A stretch of 64,000 nt of DNA from Longimicrobiales bacterium (GCA_965202985.1 CBDBCF010000001.1:1760001-1824000); one strand, 5' to 3'; shown: positions 29,492-39,726, counted from the first letter of the stretch. A program made the numbers and translations. The notes: a model not told the origin generated them from the sequence alone.

Positions 29492-30025
29492 ATGGACCAC
29501 GACCTCTCGTACCGCGACCTATTCGCCTTCGTTCGGATGATGGAGCTGGCGGCCAAGCTGGACCTCGCCTCCCTGGCGCGGGTCGAAAACGTCTTCGTCT
29601 CCGACAGCGGCCGGCGCCGTGCGACCGACGTGGTGTGGCGGGCCCGCCTGAAAGCGGACCCCAACGTGTGGGTACTGATTCCCTTCGACTTCTAGTCCAC
29701 CGTGGACCCTGGCATGCATCGTCGGGCGGACACCTACGCCGCCCTGTTGCGCGAGGAGGCGGCCCGGCAACCGTGGGGCAAGCGCCCGAATCGAGTGCTG
29801 GTGGCGCCGGTGGTGGTCTACAACGGCCCGCTGGCTGGCGACACAGACGTCGGCCCCGGCCTGGACCGGCGAGCAGTCCGAGCGGGTGGTCAGCTATCAC
29901 TTGGTTGACGTAGGTCCCCACGGTCGGTACGATCCGAAGTGGCGAGGCCCGGCCGCGGCGCTGAGCCACTTCGAGCGGGCGCGGACACTCGTCGAGGACC
30001 TGCCGAAGCCCGGCGATCCGGATCT
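29492..30025 (+). pseudogene. Rpn/YhgA-like recombination-promoting nuclease, inactivated
   Basis: HDLSYRDLF..FVSD..DVVWR..DF*STVDPGM (TAG 29693 in place of Q of EFQS)..PVVVYNG, then frameshifts. Confidence 0.8.
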
Positions 30026-30250
30026 CACTTCGCCAAGTTGGCGGGGCTCTACGCCCTGTACGTTGCCTGGGCGTTCTTGCACGACTACCCGGCGTCCGTG
30101 TCGTACTTGCATCGTGTCGCCTTGCTGTTCGGCGGGGCTTCGTTCGCGCTGGCGCTGCTGGTCGCTCCCGTCGCGTTCGCCGCGGCCGTCAACCACTTCG
30201 GTTTCTTCGGCGAGCGGGCGATCGAGACCCGAAAGCGCGAACGGACGCGG

Positions 30251-31639
30251 CTAGCCTTGCTGGGGCTGGCGGCCCACGCCCGCCAGCTCGTCGTACAGAT
30301 GGATCACCGTCTCGATTCCCTTCTCGAAGCAGTCGGTGGCGAACCACTCGTTGGGCGCGTGCATGTTGGCTCCGGGCAGGGCGAACCCGAGCAGCAGGGT
30401 TTCGGCGCCCAGGATCTCTTCCAGTTCGACCACGATGGGAATGCTGCCGCCTTCGCCGACCAGCACCGGACGGACGCCGAACGAGCGCTCCAGGGCGCGC
30501 GACGCGGCGTCGAACACGGGACCGCTCAACGAAGCCCGCCAGGGCCGGCCGCCGTGAAGCTCCACTAGGCGGAGTTCGATCCCCGGCGGTGCGACCCGTT
30601 CCAAGTGGGTCTCCAGCAGCTGCCGGACCCGGCCGGGCGTCTGGTCGGGCACCAACCGGAAGCTGACCTTCGCCACGGCCCGGGCCGGAAGCACGGTCTT
30701 GGCGCCTTCGCCCGTGTAGCCCGAGAGCAGGCCGTTCACGTCGCAACAGGGCCGCGTCCAGAGGCGCTCGAGGGGCGAGCAGTCCGCCTCGCCGCCGACC
30801 GGTGCCGTGCCCGCCTCCTTGGCGTACTCGTCCGCGTCGAAGGGAAGCGCCCGCATCCCCTCCAAGATCCCCGGCGGGGGCTCCGCCATGTCGTCGTAGA
30901 AACCGTCCACCGCGATTTGCCCGGCCTGGTCGTGAAGGCCGGCCAGCACGCGGGCCAGGGCGTTGGCCGGGTTCGGCACCGCACCCCCGTAGGCGCCCGA
31001 ATGCAGGTCCGACGACGGCCCCGAGGCGTGGATCTCGAAGTAGGCCAAGCCGCGCAGCGAGAACAGGAGCGACGGCTGCCCCGGCGCGAACATGGCCGAG
31101 TCGGAGATCACCACCACGTCGGCCTGCAGCTGCTCCCGGCGCTCGCGGACGAAGGGCGTCAGGTTCGGCGAGCCCACTTCCTCTTCGCCCTCCGCCAGCA
31201 CCACCACGTTGACGGGCAGGCGGCCCCGGGCGGCCAAGTGGGACTCCAGCGCTTTGAGGTGGACGAACAGCTGCCCCTTGTCGTCGGCGGCGCCTCGGGC
31301 GTAGATGCGGCCGTCCCGGATGTCCGGCTCGAACGGCGGCGACTGCCACAGGTCCAAGGGCTCCGGCGGCTGCACATCGTAGTGGCCGTACACCAGCACG
31401 GTCGGCGCGTCGGGTCCCGCGCCTCGCCACTCCCCCAGCACCACCGGGTGCCCCGCCGTGTCCTTCACTGCGGCGTCCAGGCCCGCCCCGGCCAGCTGAT
31501 CGCGGACCCAGCGAGCGGCGCGCCGCACGTCGCCGTCGTGTTCGGTCTTGGCGGACACCGACGGGATGCGCAGGAACTCGCGAAGCTCGTCGTAGAAGCG
31601 GGGCCGGTGCTCGCGGGCGAAGTCGACCGGACCCGTCAA
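30251..31639 (-). CDS. M20-family dipeptidase
   Basis: YGHYDVQP, RGAADDKGQ, EGEEEVGS, DLHSG, GGSIP, HAPNE. Confidence 0.93.
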   Translation of the reverse strand: MTGPVDFAREHRPRFYDELREFLRIPSVSAKTEHDGDVRRAARWVRDQLAGAGLDAAVKDTAGHPVVLGEWRGAGPDAPTVLVYGHYDVQPPEPLDLWQSPPFEPDIRDGRIYARGAADDKGQLFVHLKALESHLAARGRLPVNVVVLAEGEEEVGSPNLTPFVRERREQLQADVVVISDSAMFAPGQPSLLFSLRGLAYFEIHASGPSSDLHSGAYGGAVPNPANALARVLAGLHDQAGQIAVDGFYDDMAEPPPGILEGMRALPFDADEYAKEAGTAPVGGEADCSPLERLWTRPCCDVNGLLSGYTGEGAKTVLPARAVAKVSFRLVPDQTPGRVRQLLETHLERVAPPGIELRLVELHGGRPWRASLSGPVFDAASRALERSFGVRPVLVGEGGSIPIVVELEEILGAETLLLGFALPGANMHAPNEWFATDCFEKGIETVIHLYDELAGVGRQPQQG

Positions 31640-31914
31640 GTCAGGCCCTTTACTCCCCAGCGGTAGACCCAGGTCATGAGGGCCGCGAAGAACAGCGCGC
31701 CGCCCATGCCGCCGGCGCTCAACGCAACCGGGTCGTCGAACTCGAAGATGCCCACGCCCAGCATTCCGCCGATGGCCGCGGCGAACGCCCCCAACACGGC
31801 CAGAAGCACCGAGTGCCCCGGGGTTTCGTCCGGGTGCTTGACCACGACCTTCATGGAGAGGCCCACGGCTCCTCCCATCACGATCCAGATTGCGGCGCCG
31901 ATCCAGTTTTCCAT
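31636..31914 (-). CDS. Small 3-TM membrane protein (GlsB/YeaQ/YmgE-like)
   Basis: 92 aa, three Gly-rich hydrophobic segments; stop overlaps the next start. Confidence 0.65.
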   Translation of the reverse strand: MENWIGAAIWIVMGGAVGLSMKVVVKHPDETPGHSVLLAVLGAFAAAIGGMLGVGIFEFDDPVALSAGGMGGALFFAALMTWVYRWGVKGLT

Positions 31915-31923
31915 GTCGTCAAT

Positions 31924-32595
31924 CTACTTCCTTCCCATGCGCCGTTTCAACTCGTCCAACTGGGCGTCCACGGCCTCGGCGCGACGCGACGCCAGCAGTT
32001 CGTCGTCGAAGTCGGCCGTCCCGCCCCGGTAGCCGCCCGCCGGCGTCTCTTCCCCCGCCGCCTCTCCCGTCGCCTTCTCCGCCATCCGGTCGAACTCCCC
32101 GAACAGATCGTCCGGGTCGTTCAGCGCCTCTCGGGCGCGCACCCGCGACGCCCCCGCCTCCACGGCGCTTCGCTTGGACCGGGCTTCCTTGATCTGGCGC
32201 AGCATGTCGCGGTACTCGGACTTGGCCAGCCGCGCCTCGGCCTCCAACGCGTCAGCCTTCTCCGCGAGCACGCGTTGCCGTTCCTCGTGCTTTGCGCCGA
32301 AGCGGGCGGCCACGTCCGCCGTGTCCTGGTCGCCGATCTCGCGGGCCATGGCCTCTCGGCGTCGGCACGTCTCGGCCTCTCGACCCTCGGCGCCCGCGCG
32401 TTCCCGGGCGTGCGCCAAGTCCTTCTCGACGGCGTCCAGCGCAGTCTTGGCGTCCACGGCCTCGCGCTCCATGCCGCGAAGCAGCGAATCGACGGTCTCG
32501 GACACCCGATTCCGCCCCAGGGACTGATCCCGCCCAATCTCTTGGTGGAAGTTCTCCACCGCCTCCTTGAACGCGCGGCGCAGGTTGTCGAACAT
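31924..32595 (-). CDS. PspA/IM30-like coiled-coil protein
   Basis: MFDNLRRAF N-terminus, long coiled coil, FDRMAEK, VDAQLDELKRRMG tail. Confidence 0.7.
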   Translation of the reverse strand: MFDNLRRAFKEAVENFHQEIGRDQSLGRNRVSETVDSLLRGMEREAVDAKTALDAVEKDLAHARERAGAEGREAETCRRREAMAREIGDQDTADVAARFGAKHEERQRVLAEKADALEAEARLAKSEYRDMLRQIKEARSKRSAVEAGASRVRAREALNDPDDLFGEFDRMAEKATGEAAGEETPAGGYRGGTADFDDELLASRRAEAVDAQLDELKRRMGRK

Positions 32596-32628
32596 GACCG
32601 ACAAGATAGGCGGTTCGGGCGGGGTTCG

Positions 32629-33753
32629 TCACCCGGCGCCCAGGCGACCGGACAGCCCGCACAGCACGCCGCCCTCCGAGAACCCCTCGTACAGCGCGCG
32701 CTCGGGCGGGGGCAGGCGATCCTTCGATTCCAAGGCGCGGCCGGCCGCCGCCGACACGTCCTGCACGGCCACGGCCTCCACTTCCGCCATCTCTTCCGCG
32801 GAGACGCCTTCGCCGGCCAGATGGGCCTCGAACGCGCCCAGCGGGTCCCGGCTTCCCCACTCGCGGAAACGCTCCGACGAGAAGGTGGCTCGGGCCTCCC
32901 GCTCGTCGTGCGTGGCGTGGCCGCCCATGCGAAAGGTCTCGGCCACCACGGCCGCTGGGCCGCACCCGTCCAGGCAGCGCCTGCGGGCCAGCGTCGCGGC
33001 AGCCAAGACATCCAGCACGTTGTTCCCGTCGCAGGCGAACGATTCGATGCCGTAGGCCGCCGGCAGGTCTTCCATGGCTCCCCGGGCGTGCTGGTCCAGG
33101 CGCGTTCCCAGCGCGACCTGGTTGTTCTGGATCACGAACACGGCGGGCACGCCCAGGCGAGCCGCGAAGACCAGCCCCTCGTGGCAAGCCGCGGTCCGCG
33201 TGGCCCCGTCGCCGGTCCACGTCAGCGCGACCCGGCGCTCTTGCCGGTTCCGGAATGCCAAGGCCGCGCCCGCCACGATCGTCACGCTGGTCCCCATGTG
33301 GCTGATCGGCTGGATCACGCCGCGGCGAAGGTCGCCCGCGTGAAGGTCCCGCCCGCCGCTGGGTCCGTCGGCGGCCCCCAGGTAGCTCAGGAAGCCGTCC
33401 TCCATCGCCATGCCCATCATGTGGCAGGCGCCGGCGTTGCGGATCATCGGCGCCACGACGTCTCGGCCCCGGTCCAAGGCCGCGACCGCCCCCACGGTGA
33501 CCGCTTCCTCTCCGGTGCCCAGCCACGCCTTGCTGATCACGCCGTGCCGCACCCAGCGCTTCAGCTCCAGGTCCTGAAGGCGCACCAGCAGCAGGTCCCG
33601 ATAGAGCGCGAGCAGGCCCGGCCGCCCCAGCGCCTGCACGACCTCGCGGCGAGCCGGATCGTCCTCGACCCGGCGTCGGTATTCGCGCACGCGCTCCGGG
33701 TCCGGGGTCCAGTTCGCGTATTCGGGCGGGTCGAGAGCCGGGTAGCGCTTCAA
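32629..33753 (-). CDS. TPP-dependent 2-oxoacid dehydrogenase E1 alpha-like subunit
   Basis: GEEA, GDGA..QNN TPP motif, CDGNNV, FRMGGHATHD. Confidence 0.88.
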   Translation of the reverse strand: MKRYPALDPPEYANWTPDPERVREYRRRVEDDPARREVVQALGRPGLLALYRDLLLVRLQDLELKRWVRHGVISKAWLGTGEEAVTVGAVAALDRGRDVVAPMIRNAGACHMMGMAMEDGFLSYLGAADGPSGGRDLHAGDLRRGVIQPISHMGTSVTIVAGAALAFRNRQERRVALTWTGDGATRTAACHEGLVFAARLGVPAVFVIQNNQVALGTRLDQHARGAMEDLPAAYGIESFACDGNNVLDVLAAATLARRRCLDGCGPAAVVAETFRMGGHATHDEREARATFSSERFREWGSRDPLGAFEAHLAGEGVSAEEMAEVEAVAVQDVSAAAGRALESKDRLPPPERALYEGFSEGGVLCGLSGRLGAG

Positions 33754-33926
33754 GGGCGGGCGGGGTCGGGGGCGGGGCCAGCGGGGCGCGTGAAACGGTC
33801 CTCGGGCGACGGGCGACGGGACCTTGCGGCCCGAACTATCGGGCGGAGGCTGCCGACGTGCAACGGGGGATTGCCGACGCGCAACCGGGATTTGCTCCCG
33901 TGCCCGGATGCGCCGACATTAGCCCC

Positions 33927-34532
33927 ATGAGCGCCGAGCCCCAAGGGCAGATCGCCGCCGACGTCCTCGTGGCCTTGTTCGAGGCGATTCGGGACCGGGA
34001 TCGCCCCGACGAAGTCATGGAAGAGGAAGACGTCCATCGGACGATGCCGCACAGGCTGGGCCTGAGCGAGATCGTGCCGCGCCAGCTCCAGCTTCAGCGC
34101 GAAAACGTGCGGCGGGGGCGCAGGCTGACGGTCGAAGAGCTGGCGGAGTTCGTGCGACTGGTGCTGAAGCGGTCCGACGCCGAGCAGGTCTTCTTCGACA
34201 TGGGGGCGCGACTGGCCGCGGGGCCGGGTTGGGCCGCCCGGTGCCTTCCTCGGGCAGGTCGGTTGGGCGTCGCCAAGCGCCGGGTTCGCCGCCGGCTTCA
34301 GAAGCTCTTTGGACGGCGGCTGGGCGGGTTCATCTCGGGTCCGTTCACGCTGGAGGTCTCCGCGTCGCCGCTGGTGCAGGCCGATCCCACGGGCGTCGCC
34401 TGCGCGTTCGTCTCCGGGTTCTGCCAACAGGTGTTGCGCGACGTGGTCTCGAGCAGCTTGGTGGTGGACAAGCGCTCGTGCGAGACGGCGGGCGATCCGA
34501 CTTGCCGCTGGACGCTGGCGGAGGACAGATAG
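33927..34532 (+). CDS. V4R-domain-like protein
   Basis: ACAFVSGF..CETAGDPTCRW pattern typical of V4R. Confidence 0.6.
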   Translation: MSAEPQGQIAADVLVALFEAIRDRDRPDEVMEEEDVHRTMPHRLGLSEIVPRQLQLQRENVRRGRRLTVEELAEFVRLVLKRSDAEQVFFDMGARLAAGPGWAARCLPRAGRLGVAKRRVRRRLQKLFGRRLGGFISGPFTLEVSASPLVQADPTGVACAFVSGFCQQVLRDVVSSSLVVDKRSCETAGDPTCRWTLAEDR

Positions 34533-34543
34533 GCGGCCGCTAG

Positions 34544-34981
34544 CTAGCGCGCGGTCGGCAGGTGGTACAACAGGAGGTAGACGACCAGCCCGGTCACGGA
34601 CACGTAGAGCCACATGGGAAAGGTCCATCGCGCCAGCTTGCGGTGGGCGGAGAAGCGGCGGCGGCGGACCAGGTAGAGAAGCCGTCCCGCCAGGGGGAGC
34701 ACCACCACGGCGAGCCCCATGTGGCTGAACAGGATCGCCAAGTAGATCGTCCGCAGGACCGGAGGGCCCTCGAACCTGTGAGTGCCCGTCAAGGAAAAGC
34801 GCACGACGTACAGGACAAGGAAGACGGAGGCTGCCGCGACTGCTCCGATCATGCACCGCATGTGCGCGCTCAGGTTCCGCCGGCGCACGAAGCGCACGCC
34901 CGCCAGCAGAAAGACGGCGCTGGCCAGGTTCAGGCATGCGTTCACCGACGCCAGGGCGTTTCCTACGGCTTCGGCGGTCAG
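34544..34981 (-). CDS. DUF420-family membrane protein
   Basis: VNACLN, HMRCM, FLVLY, ILFSH, HRKLARWT.P.WLYVSVTG; start uncertain. Confidence 0.85.
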   Translation of the reverse strand: MTAEAVGNALASVNACLNLASAVFLLAGVRFVRRRNLSAHMRCMIGAVAAASVFLVLYVVRFSLTGTHRFEGPPVLRTIYLAILFSHMGLAVVVLPLAGRLLYLVRRRRFSAHRKLARWTFPMWLYVSVTGLVVYLLLYHLPTAR

Positions 34982-35862
34982 GACGAGCTCTCCGCGGCGT
35001 CGGCCGTCCAGGCGTAGCTGAACAAGGCCGTCGAGAGGGCGACGAGAACGCCCGCCAGCAGGGTGTGGGCCGACACCCACGGCGCCCGAAGCTGGAACGC
35101 GACCGACGCGAAGCCCAGGACGACCTGGGCCGCCGCCACGGTGCCCAGCGCTGCCGCGAACCTCTTGGGCACGGAGTGGGACACCCGCGTCGCGACGCGC
35201 CACAGACACGCCAGGGCCGTTGCGGCCACGACCAAGCCGAGCGCCCGGTGCAGGAAGTGGAGTCGAACCAGCGGGTGGTCGAGCGGCGGCACGATGCGAC
35301 CCAGGCACAGCGGCACGTCGGGGCACGCCGCGCCCGCGTCGGTGTGGCGCACGAGCGCACCCACGACGGACTGGACGAAGACCAGAGCCCCGGTCCACGC
35401 CCCGCATCGCAACGCCAGTCGCCGCTCCGCGGGACCGCCCCCCCGCCAGGGCGAACCGGTTCGCGCGACCATGACCACCAGCAGCGCCAGGAACAGGAAC
35501 GCCAGCGCCAGGTGCGACGTGGAGATCGCGTCGGGGAGCCGGTAGAGGACGGTCACGCCGCCCAGCACCGACTGCACCACGAGCAGCGCCAGCCCGACCA
35601 GCCCGAGCCTGAACAGCCCGCGCTCGGCGGGCAGCCGCCTGCGGACCAAGAGCACCCCGCCCGCGAAGAGCAGCACGAGTGCGCCCGCCCACAAGCGGTG
35701 AAGGTGTTCCCAGAAGACGCCCCCCTTCATCTCGGGCATCATCGTGCCGAAGCAGGTGGGCCAGTCGGGGCAGGCCAAGCTGGACTCGGTGGCGTGCACC
35801 ACGCTGCCGAGCAGGAGCAGCGCCAGCGTCCACGCCAACACGAACAGCAGGTAGAGGCGCAC
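34978..35862 (-). CDS. ctaA: Heme A synthase (COX15/CtaA)
   Basis: CPDWPTC, EHLHRL, SHL, CPDVPLC, HFLHR, AHT: four His plus two Cys pairs. Confidence 0.85.
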   Translation of the reverse strand: MRLYLLFVLAWTLALLLLGSVVHATESSLACPDWPTCFGTMMPEMKGGVFWEHLHRLWAGALVLLFAGGVLLVRRRLPAERGLFRLGLVGLALLVVQSVLGGVTVLYRLPDAISTSHLALAFLFLALLVVMVARTGSPWRGGGPAERRLALRCGAWTGALVFVQSVVGALVRHTDAGAACPDVPLCLGRIVPPLDHPLVRLHFLHRALGLVVAATALACLWRVATRVSHSVPKRFAAALGTVAAAQVVLGFASVAFQLRAPWVSAHTLLAGVLVALSTALFSYAWTADAAESSS

Positions 35863-35870
35863 CGCGAGGG

Positions 35871-37811
35871 TTACGACTCGGCGCCGACCCGTTCGCGCAC
35901 GCCGTCCGCCACGCGCGCGCTCTCGTCCGCCCGGCTCTCCGACTCGCGCGGCCCCGTCGTCCCGTCCGCCGCCGCCACGATCCCCGCCTCCAGCCACGCG
36001 TACCGTCCCTCCATGGCGCGGCGCGCGACCCGATAGGTGCTCCCGTCGTCGTTGCGTCGCACCTTGCGGAAGCTCTCGGCGATCCGGCGACGCGCCAGGC
36101 GGCACGCTTGGTCGGCGAGCTCGGTCGGCGTCCGGTCGCCCGGGTCGTCCTTGGCCTGCTTCATGGCGCGGACGCAGCACGCCACCACGACGAACAGGTC
36201 GCAGCCGATGTCCACCAGCCGCCCCAGGACCGCTTGGCGCTGCTCCAGCTTGGGGCCGAACCGCACCATGCAGTGGAAGATCGTCCGTGCCAGCTTGCGC
36301 GAAGTCCGGTTCGCGTACCGGACATGCCTTGCCAGCGGCCCGAAGCTTGCGTAGCGGGGCCAGCGTCCCCAGCCGAACCAGCGCGCCGGATACCAGACGG
36401 CGTACCTGGCCGCCGCCCGAAGCGCCGCCGCCGCGCGCTTGGACGCCGGCGCCCGGGGATCGATCATGGCGCCGGCCACGGCCAGGTGCTGGTCCACGGC
36501 CTCTCGGGCGATGAACAGCCGCATGATCTCGCTGGACCCCTCGAAGATCATGTTGATGCGCGAGTCCCGAAGCGCGCGCTCCAGAGGGGCCGGGTCCTCG
36601 CCCCGCCGGCGCAGCGAGTCGGCGGTCTCGTAGCCGCGCCCGCCCCGGATCTGCACGGCGTCGTTCACCATCTGCCATGCGGTCTCGCTGTGCCACAGCT
36701 TGCCGATCGCCGCCTCCAGCCGGATGTCCACCTTCTTGGCGTCCGACATCGCCGCCGCCAGGTCCACCACCGCCTCCATGGCGTAGGTCTCGGCGGCCAT
36801 CCGCCCCAGCATCTGCGCCACGGCGTCGTGCTTGCCCACTGGCGCGCCCCACTGCACGCGCTCCGCCGCCCACTTCCGGCACGTGCGCAGGTAGCCCTTC
36901 CCGGCCGCCGCGCAGAATGCCGGCAGCGCCAGCCGCCCGGTGTTCAGCGTGATCAGGGCCAGCTTCAGCCCCATCCCTTCGCCCCAGAGCAGGTTCTCCT
37001 TGGGCACCTTCACGTCGCGGAACCGGAGCACGCCGTTCGAGATGCCGTTCAGCCCCATGAAGCGGCAGATCTCGCCCGTCTCCACCCCCGGCCACGCCGT
37101 CTCCACGATGAAGGCGCTGATCGGCCGCTTGCCGCGCACCCCTTCCCGCGCCGGCGTGCGGGCCATGACCACGAGCAGCTCGGCCCGGGGGCCGTTGGTC
37201 GTCCACAGCTTCTCGCCGTTCAGCACCCAGTGGCTGCCGTCTTCGGACGGTTGGGCGAAGGTGGACATGTTGGCCGGGTCCGAGCCGACCATCGGTTCAG
37301 TCAGCGCGAACGCCGACAGAGCGCCCGACGCCGCGCGGGGCAGGTACTTGCGCTTCTGCTCCTCGGTGCCGAAGAGGACCACGGGCGTGGGCACCCCGAT
37401 TGACTGGTGAGCCGACAGGAACGCCCCGGTCGCGCCGCAGCGGCTCGAGACCAGCGCCAGCGCGCGGTTGTACGAGAGCTGGGACAGGCCCAGGCCGCCG
37501 TACTTGCGCGGCACCTTGACGCCGAACGCCCCCAGCTCGGCCAAGCCCTTCAGGATCTCGTCGGGAACCCACCCCTCGCGGTCCACGGCGTCGCCGTCCA
37601 GCTCTTCGTCCACGAACTTGGCCAGCCGCTCCAGGAACGGGGCGGCGCGCGCGGCCTCCTCCGGGTCCTGTTCGGGGTGCGGGTGGACCAGCTCCAGGGA
37701 CAGGCGCCCTCCGAACAGCTCCTTCATGAAGCTGCGCTTGCTCCACTCGGATTCGCGGGCGCTCTCGGCAACCTCGCGGGACTGGGCGGCGTCGCTCACG
37801 TGCGTGCTCAT
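35871..37811 (-). CDS. Acyl-CoA dehydrogenase (long, VLCAD-like)
   Basis: FALTEP..GSD, LNGEKLWTTNG, QIRGGRGY, IFEGSSEI; ATGA overlap with patatin gene. Confidence 0.93.
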   Translation of the reverse strand: MSTHVSDAAQSREVAESARESEWSKRSFMKELFGGRLSLELVHPHPEQDPEEAARAAPFLERLAKFVDEELDGDAVDREGWVPDEILKGLAELGAFGVKVPRKYGGLGLSQLSYNRALALVSSRCGATGAFLSAHQSIGVPTPVVLFGTEEQKRKYLPRAASGALSAFALTEPMVGSDPANMSTFAQPSEDGSHWVLNGEKLWTTNGPRAELLVVMARTPAREGVRGKRPISAFIVETAWPGVETGEICRFMGLNGISNGVLRFRDVKVPKENLLWGEGMGLKLALITLNTGRLALPAFCAAAGKGYLRTCRKWAAERVQWGAPVGKHDAVAQMLGRMAAETYAMEAVVDLAAAMSDAKKVDIRLEAAIGKLWHSETAWQMVNDAVQIRGGRGYETADSLRRRGEDPAPLERALRDSRINMIFEGSSEIMRLFIAREAVDQHLAVAGAMIDPRAPASKRAAAALRAAARYAVWYPARWFGWGRWPRYASFGPLARHVRYANRTSRKLARTIFHCMVRFGPKLEQRQAVLGRLVDIGCDLFVVVACCVRAMKQAKDDPGDRTPTELADQACRLARRRIAESFRKVRRNDDGSTYRVARRAMEGRYAWLEAGIVAAADGTTGPRESESRADESARVADGVRERVGAES

Positions 37812-39001
37812 GGTCGTGGTCCTCGCTTGGGGGAGTCGTCGGACGGCGCCAGCAACGCCGCCAGCTCGTCGTGCCGGGCCGCGGCGTCGGCTTCGCCGGT
37901 TCGGATCAGCTCGGCCAGATAATCGGGCTGAAACATGATCATGCTCAAGAAGTCCGGGGCTTCCGTCTGCCGGGTGCCCAGTCCGCGGGTCAGGAACCGA
38001 AAGCCCTTGGGCAACGCCGCTTCGTAGCGGTTCGCCAGACGGCCCAAGTCCACCGACGGGCGGATCGTGACCAGGCGAACCGGCTTGAACCCCATGCGCG
38101 ATTCCGGCGGCAACCGGTGCACGAGTTCGTTGATGCGGCCCAGCAGGTGGCCGTCCTGCTCCATCTGGTCCAGGAAGACCGCGTTCAGCAGCACCCCGGC
38201 CACCTGGGCGGGCGGCGGGTATCCGCTCACGGTGGCGGCGTCGGCGTCCGGGCGCGAGCGTCGCCGGCGGGTGCTGATCGCCAGGATGCGGCCCGCCCCC
38301 AAGTGCAGCGCGGGAGAGAGAGGGGCGGTCAGGCGGATGCCGCCGTCGCCGAACCAGTGGGCGCCGATCCGGACTGCGGGGAAGACGATCGGCAGCGCCG
38401 CCGAGGCCATGACGTGGTCGATCGACAGGACGGTCTGCCGGGAGCGCCGGTCGGGCCGCTCCCACTCCCGAATGTCGCGTCCCTGGCTCCACATGACCGA
38501 CTGCCCGGTCGAGTAGTTGGTGGTGCTCAGGGCGGCGGCCTTCAGTCGGCCCGTGCGCAGGTTGTAGCGGATGCCCGTCAGTTCGCCTCCGACGGCGTGA
38601 AGCGCTTCGGTCAGGTACTCCCGAAGGGGCTCCGTGTCCACCAGTCCACGCACCTTGGGAGACCCGCGGCCGCCGCCCGACGCCAGCTGTCGCAGCCACC
38701 GCAGGACGTGGCCCCACAGCGAGCGCAGGTCGGTCCGGAAGACCTTCTCGGGCGTCAGGTCCGACCACAGGTGGACCAGCTCGTCCGCCGCCTGCTCGAA
38801 GGTGCCGTGGTGGGCGGCCAAGTGGGCCGCGTTGATCGCGCCCGCGCTCACGCCGGTCACGATCGAGACCTCGAGGTCCGGGAAGCGCCGGGCTAGGTGG
38901 CGCACCACGCCCACCTGATAGGCGGCCCGCGCGCCTCCGCCCCCCATGACGATCGCCAAGTCGCCGCCCGCCCCTTCCAGGTTGGCCCGCAAGTGCCGCA
39001 T
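37808..39001 (-). CDS. Patatin-like phospholipase
   Basis: GGGARAAYQVG, GVSAG, ASAALP, DGG; start uncertain. Confidence 0.9.
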   Translation of the reverse strand: MRHLRANLEGAGGDLAIVMGGGGARAAYQVGVVRHLARRFPDLEVSIVTGVSAGAINAAHLAAHHGTFEQAADELVHLWSDLTPEKVFRTDLRSLWGHVLRWLRQLASGGGRGSPKVRGLVDTEPLREYLTEALHAVGGELTGIRYNLRTGRLKAAALSTTNYSTGQSVMWSQGRDIREWERPDRRSRQTVLSIDHVMASAALPIVFPAVRIGAHWFGDGGIRLTAPLSPALHLGAGRILAISTRRRRSRPDADAATVSGYPPPAQVAGVLLNAVFLDQMEQDGHLLGRINELVHRLPPESRMGFKPVRLVTIRPSVDLGRLANRYEAALPKGFRFLTRGLGTRQTEAPDFLSMIMFQPDYLAELIRTGEADAAARHDELAALLAPSDDSPKRGPRP

Positions 39002-39039
39002 CCATCCAATGTACACGCCTTGTTACCTTGCAAGCATCC

Positions 39040-39558
39040 ATGACGCGCTTCCACCGACCAACCTGCGCCCCCGCGCTCCCGGCGCGCCTCCGACGTCTTC
39101 GCCCGGGGTTCGCGGCCGCCTTGGCCGCGCCGGCGTTGACGGCGGCCTGCCACGCATACGCGCCCAGCCGGCTGGGGCAGGTCAACCCGGGCGACCAAGT
39201 TCGGGCACTCCTGACCCAGGACCAGTTTCACCACTTCTCCGAGAGCTTGCCGGCGGACGGCGAGCGGCTGATCGAAGGCTTGGTCCTCGAAACCGGCCCT
39301 GGGGAGCTGCTCCTGGAGGTCCCCGTCGTGACTCGGCTGGAGGGCATCCGCGTGACGTCGTACAGCCAGCGCCTGCGCGTGCCGGAAGCCGGCATCGCGG
39401 ACTTGGAGTTGCGCTCGCTGGCTAGGGGCCGCACCTACGGGCTGGCGGCCGCGGCCGCCGCGTTGGTCGGCTGGATCGTGTGGGATCAGTTCCTGTCGGA
39501 CTCCGGACGAGGCCCGGACCCGGGGCCTCCGTCGATCATCGATTTCACAAGCCGCTAG
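39040..39558 (+). CDS. Hypothetical lipoprotein with C-terminal hydrophobic segment
   Basis: LTAAC lipobox; RTYGLAAAAAALVGWIVW. Confidence 0.65.
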   Translation: MTRFHRPTCAPALPARLRRLRPGFAAALAAPALTAACHAYAPSRLGQVNPGDQVRALLTQDQFHHFSESLPADGERLIEGLVLETGPGELLLEVPVVTRLEGIRVTSYSQRLRVPEAGIADLELRSLARGRTYGLAAAAAALVGWIVWDQFLSDSGRGPDPGPPSIIDFTSR

Positions 39559-39726
39559 CGTGCCTCGGCGGGAGCGCGGCTTGACCCTGTCGCGGTCGGG
39601 TCGCATCTTCCTGTGCTGTCCGCCGGGCGAAGCCGTCCGGGGCGCGAACGCACCGGACCGGGAAGCGCGGGAAGCCGCCCTGCTCCCGGGAGCGGACAGC
39701 GACCACCAAGGCCAAGGAGCCTCGAC

